Below, piece by piece: positions 48,086 to 57,804 of a stretch of DNA of 64,000 nt. Each line of letters opens with the position of its first letter. Within the stretch, counting starts at the first letter, position 1. Both the position numbers and the translations under genes were made by a program. The notes beneath the pieces were generated by a model, which searched no databases, was not told the DNA's origin, and saw only the letters and a program-made list of their open reading frames with translations. Where the stretch lies: assembly GCA_019347945.1 (NCBI GenBank), contig JAHWKK010000003.1, positions 31,059 to 95,058 of the forward strand, written 5' to 3'. Source of the DNA: Acidobacteriota bacterium. GTDB taxonomy: Bacteria; Acidobacteriota; Thermoanaerobaculia; Gp7-AA8; JAHWKK01.

Positions 48086-50686
48086 ATGAGACTCTTCTTC
48101 GTGGTCGGGGGTATGGCGCTGGCGATCTTTTCTTCGCAGCGCGCTCTGGCGACGTCCGACCTCAGCCTGCGGGGGGAGTACCGGGCAGTCCGGACCGACG
48201 AGACGCCGCGGATCGATGGCGAGCTTTCGGAGCGGATCTGGGAGACGGCCCCGGCGATCACGGACTTCGTCCAGCAGGAACCGGAGACCGGAAACGCTCC
48301 GACGGAGCGCACCGTCGTGCGGTTCATTTACGACGACAGCGCTCTCTACGTCGGTGCATCGCTCCGCGACAGCCATCCCGTGACGTCGAAGCTTGCCCGG
48401 CGCGATTCTTATCTCGCCTCCGACTGGCTCGCGGTGTATCTGGACACCCATTACGACCGCCGCACCGCACGAATGTTTCGCGTTAATCCCCTCGGCGTCC
48501 AACGCGATTCTCTCGTCGTCGAAGAAGACGAGGAGGATCGGAGCTGGGATGCCGTCTGGACGGCGGCAACGCGGGTCGTCGATGGCGGATGGACCGTCGA
48601 GATGCGGATTCCATTTGCGCAACTGCGATTTCCCGAGCGGGAGTCGCATGTGTGGGGATTCAACGTTGAACGCGAGATCTCCAGGAACAATGAAGTGATC
48701 CGACTCGTCCACGTGCCGCGCAACGAGACCGGCTTCGTGAAGCGCTTCGCTCGTCTCGTCGGGATCGAATCGGTTAATCCTCCGCGTCGCCTCGAGGTCC
48801 TTCCGTACGTCGTCGGCCGGGTCGGGTTGCGGAGCGCGGACGATCCATCCAACCCGTTCGACGGCGGAACCGAAGAGATGGAGCTCGGCCTGGATCTCGA
48901 GTATGGGCTTTCGTCGAATCTGACGCTTACGGCGGCTCTCAATCCGGACTTCGGGCAGGTCGAGGTCGATCCCGCGGAGGTGAATCTCACCGCATTCGAG
49001 CTCTTCTATCCCGAGCGGCGGCCGTTCTTTCTCGAGGGAGCGGACCTGCTTTCGTTCGGCGGACCGAGCCTGTTCTATTCACGGCGGATCGGGCGAAGTC
49101 CTCAGGGCCGGCCCGCTGCCTTCGACTTTGCCGAGCTTCCCGGACAGACGACGATCCTTGGAGCTGCGAAGATCACCGGCCGGACCGAGTCCGGCTGGTC
49201 GATCGCGGCTCTCGATGCGATCACCGAAGAAGAAGAGGCGCCGTTTCTTCTCGAGGGGGAGCGTGACTCGGCCGTCGTCGAGCCTCTGACCAATTACTTC
49301 GTCACCAGAGTCTCGAAGGATCTCAGCGGGGCCGGGCAGGTCAGTGCGATGTTGACGTCGGTCCATCGTTCGGGAACGACCATCCAGCCCGAGCTGCACG
49401 ATGAAGCTTACTCGGCGGGAGCCGATGGATATCAATACTTCGGCGAGCGCGAATACCTGCTCGACTGGTCGGCCTACGGATCGTACGTCGCGGGATCAGC
49501 CGAATCGATTCTGAGAACACAGCGATCATCGGCGCGATACTTCCAGAGACCGGATGCGACTCACCTCGAGATCGATCCCGGCCGGACGTCGCTCACTGGG
49601 TGGGGCGGATCGATGCGCTTCCGGAAGGTGAGCGGAAATCTCCGATATACGCTCACCGGACTTGCCGCATCGCCGGAGCTGGAGATCAACGACGCCGGCT
49701 TTCTCGGCAGGGTCGACGAATGGGCATCGCTGAATTCGATCGCGTGGGTCGATCCGGTTCCGCGCGGACGGTTGCGCAGTCGCTCGTATATCTTATGGAA
49801 GATCGATCGATTCAATTTCGGTGGAGATCACTTGCTCGACCGGAGCATGGGCATCGTTCGGTTCACCTACTCCAACTACTGGCAGACGTCGTGGAGAGTG
49901 ATTCACGATGCCAAGGCGTTCGACGATCGCTCGACTCGGGGAGGACCCCTCATCCGGACGCCGTCCAACACGTTCTATCAGGCATCAGTCAGCACGGACT
50001 TCAGAAAGAGGTGGTACGGGACCCTCCGCGGGAACATCGAGCACGGGGGTATGGATCTGGAGGCGCGAAGGTTGAACGTCGAGGTTTCCTATCGCCCGTC
50101 GCCGGCCATGACGATGAGTGTGGGCCCGTCGTGGTCACAGGTTCGTTTTCCATACCAGCACGTTCGTACCGTGGCGGACAGCACGGCCGGTCACACGTTC
50201 GGTTCACGGTACGTCTTCGCACCGATCGAGCGTAAGACACTCGAGCTTGCAACGCGCTTCGACTGGGCAATCAGCCGTACGCTCACTCTCGAGCTGTTTC
50301 TTCAGCCGTTTGTCTCGAGCGGTGACTATCTCGAGTTTCGAGAGCTGGAACGCCCTTCCTCTCGCGACTATGACTCCTACTCGGAGATCGGAGACGTGAG
50401 TTTCGATGAGGAGGCAAACCGATACACGATCGATCCGGACGGGAGCGGCCCCGCGCAGCCTTTTTCATTTCAGAACCCCGACTTCAACGTGCGTAGCCTG
50501 CGAGGCAATGTCGTCGTGCGGTGGGAGTTCCGGCCCGGTTCCGCCGCCTACCTCGTCTGGACTCAGAACCGGGCGGAGCGGGCACTCGTCGGCGATTTCG
50601 ACGCGGGCCGGGATTTCGATGCCCTCCTCGGCCTTGATGCCGATGACGTCATCCTGGTGAAGGTGAGCTACTGGCTCGGATTGTAG
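48086..50686 (+). CDS. DUF5916 family protein with an N-terminal CBM9-like carbohydrate-binding domain
   Basis: Signal peptide MRLFFVVGGMALAIFSSQRALA (ATG at 48086; track start at 47936). CBM9/DOMON-like N-terminus (RIDGELSERIWETAPAITDF...). Large beta-rich C-terminal region typical of DUF5916, as I remember that family. 867 aa from the chosen start. Confidence 0.7.
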   Translation: MRLFFVVGGMALAIFSSQRALATSDLSLRGEYRAVRTDETPRIDGELSERIWETAPAITDFVQQEPETGNAPTERTVVRFIYDDSALYVGASLRDSHPVTSKLARRDSYLASDWLAVYLDTHYDRRTARMFRVNPLGVQRDSLVVEEDEEDRSWDAVWTAATRVVDGGWTVEMRIPFAQLRFPERESHVWGFNVEREISRNNEVIRLVHVPRNETGFVKRFARLVGIESVNPPRRLEVLPYVVGRVGLRSADDPSNPFDGGTEEMELGLDLEYGLSSNLTLTAALNPDFGQVEVDPAEVNLTAFELFYPERRPFFLEGADLLSFGGPSLFYSRRIGRSPQGRPAAFDFAELPGQTTILGAAKITGRTESGWSIAALDAITEEEEAPFLLEGERDSAVVEPLTNYFVTRVSKDLSGAGQVSAMLTSVHRSGTTIQPELHDEAYSAGADGYQYFGEREYLLDWSAYGSYVAGSAESILRTQRSSARYFQRPDATHLEIDPGRTSLTGWGGSMRFRKVSGNLRYTLTGLAASPELEINDAGFLGRVDEWASLNSIAWVDPVPRGRLRSRSYILWKIDRFNFGGDHLLDRSMGIVRFTYSNYWQTSWRVIHDAKAFDDRSTRGGPLIRTPSNTFYQASVSTDFRKRWYGTLRGNIEHGGMDLEARRLNVEVSYRPSPAMTMSVGPSWSQVRFPYQHVRTVADSTAGHTFGSRYVFAPIERKTLELATRFDWAISRTLTLELFLQPFVSSGDYLEFRELERPSSRDYDSYSEIGDVSFDEEANRYTIDPDGSGPAQPFSFQNPDFNVRSLRGNVVVRWEFRPGSAAYLVWTQNRAERALVGDFDAGRDFDALLGLDADDVILVKVSYWLGL

Positions 50687-50693
50687 GGCGCGC

Positions 50694-50780
50694 TGTCAGC
50701 TGCGTGTCAGCGGCTTATAGCTCAGCATGAGAGGTTTCACGCCCAGAGACGCCAGCTCGGAAATCGCTACGGCGATCTGC
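50694..50780 (+). repeat. ~85 bp repeat L (tgtcagctgcgtgtcagcggcttatagctcagcatgagaggtttcacgcccagagac...), direct-repeat partner of 63803..63885
   Basis: About 90% identical to the copy at 63803..63885, same orientation. The two copies delimit a 13 kb segment that is almost entirely two-component signalling genes. Confidence 0.7.
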
Positions 50781-50947
50781 GCGATTCGTGGGCAATGTGA
50801 TTGAGCGTCGGCTGGTCGGACTCGAACGCCGCCGGGAGCGGAAGATTTCGCCGAACTTCGGCTCAACTCGAGCTCGTGCGAAAAATTCTGACCTTCGAGA
50901 TCGGTCGCGAATCTACCTTTTAACCCGCCACTCAACTGTCGTAAAGT
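50774..50947 (+). repeat. Direct repeat copy B' (displaced duplicate of the porin gene 3' end)
   Basis: Matches 47697..47869. Non-coding in context; it only generates spurious minus-strand ORFs. Confidence 0.75.
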
Positions 50948-51072
50948 CATGACGAAGTGGTAGAGAGGCATCTCTGGCGGGAGGAATTCTGTCCGACAAG
51001 CGCAGCCCTGATTCTCTGAAGCTGGCCCGACTCAGAATCGGTTCAGCAGTAACGGCGACGCTTCTGTATCTC

Positions 51073-52305
51073 GTGTTTGGTCTGCTCTGGATCGCGGTCA
51101 ACGGCGCGATCGTCGACAGGTTGTTCGACAATCCGGACCAGATCGTTGGTTTCGAGCTTCTGAAGGGAATCGTCTTCGTCCTGGTCTCGACGGCGCTGCT
51201 GTACCTCTTCATCACCCGGCACGCACGGCGGGTTCTCGAGTCGGAGATGGAGAGTGAGTCGAAGCTTTCGATGATGGTCGACCAGCTCCCCGCAATCCTG
51301 TGGACGATTGATTCTGATCTGATCATCGATTCGATCACGGGATCGGGGCTTCGCCTGCTCGGACCTGCGGCAAATCAGAGTCTCGGGAGGAATGCGACCG
51401 ACCTGGTTCCACGATTTGCCGCAGACGTGCTCGAGAAGGCAGTTAGGGGGACTCCAGGGACGTATGTCATCGAGTTTGAAGATCGAATATTGCGGACGTG
51501 GGTCGAGCCGATGCGAAGCGATGGGGATCTCGTCGGTGCGATCGCGCTGTCGATCGACATCACGGAGCAGGAAGCAGTCCGCAGGAACCTGGAGGCTTCC
51601 ATGCGGGCACTCTGGCGGGTCCAGGACGAGCTGGTCGAGAAGAGCCGGGCACTCGAAAGATCCTCGGCGCAGCTGATCGACGCTCAGGAATCAGAAAGAG
51701 AGAGGATCGCCCGCGAGCTTCATGACGAGCTCGGCGGGATCTTCACCTCCCTCAGTTTCGACGTTGCGCTGATCGGCGAGAACGCTGCTGATCCGGCACT
51801 CGTGACCGAGCGAAGCAGTGAAATGCTCCGCCGCATCGACGGTGCGATGAAGCGAGTGAGAGAGATTGCCCACGACCTCCGGCCGAAGGTGCTCGACGAC
51901 TTCGGGCTGGTCGCCGCGATCGAGGATCTCGTCGCTGCGTTCTCCGACCGCTACGGCATCGAGACGAATCTGTCGAGTCGCCCGGAGGAGATCACCGTCG
52001 GGAGGGGTTACGACATCATGCTCTACCGGATCGTTCAGGAAGCACTGACGAACGTCGTGAAACATGCCGCGGCGACTCGTGCTGAAGTGAGGTTGAGGTT
52101 GTCTGATCACCATGTGGTTGCGGAGATCCGGGACGACGGAAGGGGCATCCGACCGGAAGAGATGGATGCGACGGGCTCACTCGGACTCGTGGGGATGCGT
52201 GAACGAGCCGATATCCTGGGAGGGGACCTGGCGATCGAGCCATTCGCGGGGAAAGGAACGATCGTGAGAGTGAAGGTGCCGCTGAGCAGGAGGGAGCAGT
52301 CATGA
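51073..52305 (+). CDS. Sensor histidine kinase, NarL/LuxR-partner type (PAS + HisKA_3 + HATPase_c)
   Basis: GTG start. TM N-terminus, PAS-like segment. HisKA_3 H-box ERERIARELHDELGG. HATPase_c motifs (EALTNVVKHA, DDGRGI, GSLGLVGMRERA). The stop overlaps the next gene's start. Confidence 0.85.
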   Translation: MFGLLWIAVNGAIVDRLFDNPDQIVGFELLKGIVFVLVSTALLYLFITRHARRVLESEMESESKLSMMVDQLPAILWTIDSDLIIDSITGSGLRLLGPAANQSLGRNATDLVPRFAADVLEKAVRGTPGTYVIEFEDRILRTWVEPMRSDGDLVGAIALSIDITEQEAVRRNLEASMRALWRVQDELVEKSRALERSSAQLIDAQESERERIARELHDELGGIFTSLSFDVALIGENAADPALVTERSSEMLRRIDGAMKRVREIAHDLRPKVLDDFGLVAAIEDLVAAFSDRYGIETNLSSRPEEITVGRGYDIMLYRIVQEALTNVVKHAAATRAEVRLRLSDHHVVAEIRDDGRGIRPEEMDATGSLGLVGMRERADILGGDLAIEPFAGKGTIVRVKVPLSRREQS

Positions 52306-52934
52306 TCCGGATCCTTCTCGTCGACGATCACGCCCTGGTCCGGGCCGGCCTGCGCCGGATCCTCGAGACGCAGCAGGATATGGAAGTGGCGGGGGAAGCA
52401 GGAACTGGTGCCGAGGCGCTCGACCTGATCCGAGCCGGCGAGCTCGACATCGTTCTTCTCGACCTGTCGCTTCCCGATTTCAGCGGGATCGATCTGATGA
52501 AGTCGATCCTGGCTGCAGATCCATCGAGGAAGATTCTCGTTCTGAGCATGCATCCCGAGGAGAGCTACGCCCGGCGGGTGATGCGCTCAGGGGCCGTAGG
52601 TTACCTCAACAAGGAAGCCGCTCCGGAGCTCCTGATCACGGCGATCCGTAAGGTTGCCGCAGGTGGCCGCTTCGTCAGTCCCGGTCTCGCGGAGCTTCTC
52701 GCAATCGACCTCGCCGAAGATGACACCGAGTCGCCCCACGAGCGGCTCTCCGATCGGGAGTTCGAGGTGTTCGAGAGAATCGTCCGCGGTGAATCCGTCT
52801 CCCAGATAGCGGCCACACTCGATCTGAGCCCGAAAACCATCTCGACCCATCGGAGCCGGATCCTCCAGAAGATGGACCTCCGCAACAACGCCGATCTGAT
52901 CCGTTACGCGATCGATCAGGGACTGCTGAGCTAG
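52302..52934 (+). CDS. LuxR/NarL family response regulator
   Basis: REC (ILLVDDHALVRAGL...LLDLSLPDFSG) plus a C-terminal LuxR HTH (LSDREFEVFERIVRGESVSQIAATLDLSPKTISTHRSRILQKMD). ATGA overlap with the kinase gene. Confidence 0.9.
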   Translation: MIRILLVDDHALVRAGLRRILETQQDMEVAGEAGTGAEALDLIRAGELDIVLLDLSLPDFSGIDLMKSILAADPSRKILVLSMHPEESYARRVMRSGAVGYLNKEAAPELLITAIRKVAAGGRFVSPGLAELLAIDLAEDDTESPHERLSDREFEVFERIVRGESVSQIAATLDLSPKTISTHRSRILQKMDLRNNADLIRYAIDQGLLS

Positions 52935-53184
52935 GGCAGCAGGGATGAAAAATTGAAAGTGGTTTTTGCTCCGGTTGGAGGGAAATGAACTGAGTCGGAT
53001 GCTCGGCAACAGCCTCCGGTCTCCCCGTTTTCTCCTTCCTCAATCATTGTCAGACATCCCCTACACGATCGGGGGACATCGACCGATACCGCACGTCGGG
53101 CCGACGCCCTATCGTGGTGTACATGGAAAACCAGTGTATTGACGCTTCATCCGGGTGCGCGGCGCCGCGAGGAGCTGACCGCCG

Positions 53185-53604
53185 ATGAGCTTCAACGACA
53201 GACAGCCGAGGATTCTCATCGCCGACGACGACGACGTGATGCTCATCGGCGTTGCGGAGCTTCTTCGCAGACGGGGCTACGAGGTCGAGGCGACTGACCG
53301 GCTCGAGCTCAGCAATGGCTCCGGACCGTTCGACCTAATCATCTTCGACCCGCTGGTCGAGGGAGACCTCGATGCCGCACGACAGTTCGTTGCATCCGCA
53401 CGTCAGTCGAACCCTCCGCCGTTCCTGATCGTCGTCTCCGAATTCATCGAAAGTCTCAGGGATGTCGGTGCGCGTGATGAGCGACGCGCACTTCTCCATG
53501 TGAAACCTGTCCGGGTTGCAGAACTGGCCGAATCTGTCGAATCGCTGTTGCGCGAGCGCGAGATGTCCGAGGTCCTCACGATCATCGAGGGGGATACGGC
53601 GTGA
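53185..53604 (+). CDS. Single-domain response regulator (CheY-like receiver)
   Basis: GAGGAG RBS. Acidic pocket ILIADDDD; phospho-acceptor in LIIFDP; conserved K in HVKPV. 139 aa. The stop overlaps the next kinase gene. Confidence 0.65.
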   Translation: MSFNDRQPRILIADDDDVMLIGVAELLRRRGYEVEATDRLELSNGSGPFDLIIFDPLVEGDLDAARQFVASARQSNPPPFLIVVSEFIESLRDVGARDERRALLHVKPVRVAELAESVESLLREREMSEVLTIIEGDTA

Positions 53605-55088
53605 ATCGCCTGAGCGAAAGACTGACGAGCCGCCACGGGCGCGCTCCATTCATCTGGCGTTCCGTGTTACTGGGCGGTGCTTCGCTGATGATCGCTTTAT
53701 CGGTCGCGAATCTCGCCGGGTGGGTGATCGGGTCGGAGATACTGACGAGCTGGATCGACCTGAGTGTCGAGGCCATGCTCCTCATCACCATTCTCTCCAC
53801 CATCATTCTCGTGATGGTCTTGAACCTCCATACACGCGACGAACGGGAGCGCGCGCTGCGCAGGGAACGCGACCGGGAGGCCGAAAAACGACAGGTGATG
53901 TGGAATCTCTCCCGAGACATGATGGTGATCGCGAATCCGGAAAGGAATCTCGTGGACGTCAACCCCGCCTGGACCACCACCCTCGGATGGTCCCGCGAAG
54001 AGCTTCTGGGCCGGCGGTACGAGGAGCTCCTCCATCCGGACGATCGTGCGAGGACGGAAGAAGAGATCGGACGCATTTCCGACAGTCAATCGACGGTTCT
54101 CTTCACCAATCGTTACCGCAGTAGGGACGGAAGCTACAGGTCGCTGCAATGGCACTCGGTACGTGAGGAAAAGGGCGAGATATTCGGAGTCGCGCGGGAT
54201 GTCACCGAGATCGTCAGGGCGAGCGAGACACTCCATAATCTCAACCGGGAGCTCGAGAGCCGAGTCAGACTCCGCACCCGTGACCTGGAGACCGCCAATC
54301 GCGAGCTCGAATCGTTCAGCTATGCAGTCTCGCACGACCTGCGGGCACCCCTTCGGGCGATCGAGGGATTCAGTCGGATGGTGATTGAGCGGCACAGCGA
54401 GGATCTTCCCGAGCAGGCCCGCCACTACCTCGAACGGGTACGCACCGCCTCGAGTCGCATGGGAGAGATCATCGACGGGCTCCTCTCGCTGTCGAAGTTC
54501 AGCCGCGGCGATTTGCGAACCGAGACCGTGAACCTCAGTGAGATCGCGTCAGACATCGTCGAAGATCTTCGTGTCGCGGATCCTGATCGGAATGCAAAAG
54601 TCACCATCGAACGGAAGATGCACACCACAGGAGATCGAAGACTGCTTCAGTCGCTGCTGCTGAACCTGATCTCGAATGCCTGGAAGTTCAGCTCTGAAAG
54701 AGATCCGGCAGTCATCGAAATCGGGTCCAGTGTCAATGGCCGCATCACCGAGTTCCATGTTCGCGACAACGGCGCTGGATTCGACCAGAAACATGTGGAA
54801 AAACTGTTCAAGCCGTTTCAGCGTCTTCATTCGATCGAAGAATTCGATGGCACCGGACTCGGCCTGGCCACAGTCCAACGGATCGTATCGAGACACGGTG
54901 GCGCTGTCTGGGCAGAGGGTGAGCTCGAGAAGGGAGCGACCTTCCGGTTCACGCTCCCGTACGCGGAAACTCCCGAACATTCGATTGAGGGCGCGCAGAG
55001 TGCAGGCTCTCAGTCATCGACAGGTCGAGAACCCGACAACATAAACTACTCAGAATCTACCGGACAAGGAGTCAGTACTGATGCCTAA
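53601..55088 (+). CDS. Membrane-bound PAS sensor histidine kinase
   Basis: GTG start overlapping the upstream stop (GTGA). Two TM helices, PAS ([41 protein letters not shown]). HisKA ([16 protein letters not shown]). HATPase_c ([27 protein letters not shown]). Confidence 0.8.
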   Translation: MNRLSERLTSRHGRAPFIWRSVLLGGASLMIALSVANLAGWVIGSEILTSWIDLSVEAMLLITILSTIILVMVLNLHTRDERERALRRERDREAEKRQVMWNLSRDMMVIANPERNLVDVNPAWTTTLGWSREELLGRRYEELLHPDDRARTEEEIGRISDSQSTVLFTNRYRSRDGSYRSLQWHSVREEKGEIFGVARDVTEIVRASETLHNLNRELESRVRLRTRDLETANRELESFSYAVSHDLRAPLRAIEGFSRMVIERHSEDLPEQARHYLERVRTASSRMGEIIDGLLSLSKFSRGDLRTETVNLSEIASDIVEDLRVADPDRNAKVTIERKMHTTGDRRLLQSLLLNLISNAWKFSSERDPAVIEIGSSVNGRITEFHVRDNGAGFDQKHVEKLFKPFQRLHSIEEFDGTGLGLATVQRIVSRHGGAVWAEGELEKGATFRFTLPYAETPEHSIEGAQSAGSQSSTGREPDNINYSESTGQGVSTDA

Positions 55089-55503
55089 GAGCAAAAAGCG
55101 AATCCTCCTCGTCGAGGACAACCCCGACGACCGGGAGCTGATGAGGGTCGCCCTGGAGGAGAATCGGCTGGTCAATGAGGTTCTCGTAGCAAAGGATGGT
55201 GAAGAGGCGATCGAGATTCTCGAGGGGGACGAGGACTTTGCGCTGATTCTGCTCGATCTTCAACTGCCAAAGATCAACGGTCATGAAGTGCTGCGGTTCA
55301 TCCGCTCGAGGACACGACGCGTTCCGGTCGTCGTACTCACCTCGTCCGATGAAGACCGTGACATCGTGGAGAGCTACGATCTCGGGGCCAACAGCTACGT
55401 CCGGAAACCGGTCGCGTTCGACGAGTTTCTCGAGGCGACCCGCCAGCTCGGAATGTACTGGCTTCTGCTCAACTCGGGACCACCTGCACGGAGCTCGGGA
55501 TGA
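55081..55503 (+). CDS. Single-domain response regulator (CheY-like)
   Basis: [14 protein letters not shown]...[15 protein letters not shown]...VVVLTSS...SYVRKP. The start overlaps the kinase stop; the stop overlaps the next gene (ATGA). Confidence 0.85.
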   Translation: MPKSKKRILLVEDNPDDRELMRVALEENRLVNEVLVAKDGEEAIEILEGDEDFALILLDLQLPKINGHEVLRFIRSRTRRVPVVVLTSSDEDRDIVESYDLGANSYVRKPVAFDEFLEATRQLGMYWLLLNSGPPARSSG

Positions 55504-57791
55504 AGGTTCGCATCCTCATACTCGAGGATGAGATCGACGACCTCACACTAATCCTCGAATCGCTCCGCGACTACGGGTTCGATCCGGAATGGGATCGTGT
55601 CGAGACCGCAGAGGGCCTCCGGTCCATGCTGCCGGAGCGGCAGTGGGAGGCGGTGCTTTGCGACTACAACATGCCGAAGGTGACTGCCGAGGAGGCAATC
55701 CGCATCGTAAAGGAGTTCGACTCCAATCTTCCCTTCATCCTCGTCTCCGGGACCGTCCATGCGTCCGTCGCGGTTCAGATGATGCGTCAGGGAATGCACG
55801 AGTACGTCATGAAGGACGAGCTCGAGAGGCTCGGTCCTGCTCTGGAGCGTGAGATCCGGGACGCCACACACCGTCGAAGCGAGCGCGTCGCAAAAGCAGA
55901 GCTGTTCGAACTGCAGAACCGGTTCCGCGACACGTTCGAGCAGTCATCGGTCGGAATCGCCCACCTCGATCGGGAGAGTCGGGTGATATGGATCAATCGT
56001 CAGCTCGCGGAGCTCCTCGGCTATGACCGGGACGAGATCGTCGGCCTCCCCTGCGAGAGGTTCACCTGGCCCGAAGACTGGCCTGAAGAGCAGGCCAGGC
56101 AGAAAGCGCTTCTCGCCGGCGAGATGCGCGAGTATCGCGTCGAGAAGCGATATCGCCGCCGGGACGGCACTCCGATCTGGACCTTTCTCACGCTCACCGC
56201 GATCCGGACCGAAGATGGTCAGCTCTCGTACCTCTCGGCGGTCGTTCAGGACATCACCGACAGAAAAAGGGCCGAAGAACGGGTCAGGACCAGTGAAATG
56301 TTCACTCGGGCGATCCTTGACTCGCTCCCCTTTCAGGTTGCAGTCGTCGACCAGGAGGGGATCATTCGCCACATCAACAGTGCATGGGAAGGGTTTGCGC
56401 TCAGGAACGGCCTCACGTCTCTCCACGCGGTCGGTATTGGAGCATCCTATCTGTCGGTCTGCCCTGAGGATATTCGCGCCAGGTTGATCGAGGTAATCGA
56501 CGGAACCCGAAGCTCCTTCGTCATCGAATATCCCTGTCACTCCCCGGAGTAGGACCGGTGGTTTCTCATGCAGGTCGCTCCGCTGACGTGGGGAGATCGC
56601 GGAGCGGTCATCTCGCACGTCGACATCAGCTCGCGCGTCCTGACCGAACAAGCCCTCGCGCGGCGTGAGCGCGAATACCGGTCCATCGTCGAGACGATGG
56701 GCGAGGGGCTGATAAGTTTGGACGTCGAGGGACGTCTTCTTTCGGCCAATCCGCGCTTCACCGAGATGGTCGGCTATGAGCTGGACGAGCTTCGCGGGCA
56801 CAACCTGGTCGATTTCTTCCTCGACCCTGACGAGCGGGACGAGGTCCGGAAACACATCGCGATTGCCCTGGCAGGAAGCCTCTCGAAATTCCGACTTCGG
56901 ATTCATCACAAGGAGGGACGCGAGATCTGGCTCGAGATCACCACCGTGCCGCGTTTCGACTCGGAGGGCAACGTCGTCGGCCGGCTGAGCGTCGCCAGCG
57001 ACGTCACCGAAAAGCGCGCGGCCGAGCAGGAACAGGATCGGCTCCGCACACGGATCGAGGAGCTCAACCGGATCGAAAGTCTCGGAAAGCTTGCGGGGAA
57101 CATGGCGCACGAGTTCAACAACGTGCTGATGGGCATCCAGCCCTTCACCGAGGTGATCCGGCGCTCTTCATACGGAAACGAAAAGGTCGACCGGGCGACC
57201 GATTTCATCGTGGAAGCGGTGCAGCGCGGCCGGCATATTTCTCAGGAGATCCTCCGCTTCGCGCGGCCGACACCCCCCGAAAGAACGGAGCTCGAGGTGA
57301 ATACGCTTCTCATGCAGGTCGAGCAGGCCGGTCGAGGAATCGTCAATGGCTCGCACGAGCTCGCGATCGAACCGATGGGAGAGCGGGCGACGATCAGCGC
57401 GGACAGGGATCAGCTCGTGCAGATCTTCACGAACCTGCTGCTCAACGCCAAGGCTGCGATGGAACACGGCGGGCGCATCCGAATCCGGGCTCGAAGAGAC
57501 GATCCCTCGACGCATTCCGAGGCCGGCGTGATCGATCATCCGCAGCGTTATGTCCATCTGGAGATTTCCGACACGGGGTGCGGCATGCCTCCCGAGGTGA
57601 CTCAGAAGATTTTCGAGCCGATGTTCACCACCAAACGTACGGGAACAGGCCTGGGGCTCGCCATCGTGCATCAGATCGTGACGGCCCATCACGGATACAT
57701 CTTCGTCGAAAGTGAGCTTGGTGAAGGGACGACGTTTCACCTGTTTCTCCCCTTGAGCGGAAGCACGTCACCGGAGAGACGGGCGGCTTGA
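55500..57791 (+). pseudogene. REC-PAS-PAS-HisKA-HATPase hybrid kinase interrupted by one in-frame TAG at 56550..56552 inside a PAS domain
   Basis: ORFs 55500..56552 and 56568..57791 are in the same frame. The sequence reads ...SFVIEYPCHSPE-TAG-DRWFLMQVAPLTWGDRGAVISHVDIS..., one continuous PAS fold (the 'EY.CHSP..RWF.M.V.PL' core). The downstream part has an intact kinase (HEFNNVLMGIQPF, LLLNAKAAMEHGG, DTGCGM, GTGLGLAIV). Confidence 0.6.
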
Positions 57792-57804
57792 TCATCGTCA
57801 GCGG

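Noticed and set aside
50694-50780. tRNA-like TAGCTCAG core in the 85 bp repeat
   Set aside because: It cannot be folded into a cloverleaf (no acceptor or D-stem complementarity, no T-arm GTTCGAATC-like sequence). Treated as a repeat or att-like sequence instead.
55944-57110. 388 aa minus-strand ORF across the REC-PAS/HK junction
   Set aside because: Antisense shadow. The sense strand carries recognisable REC, PAS and kinase motifs.
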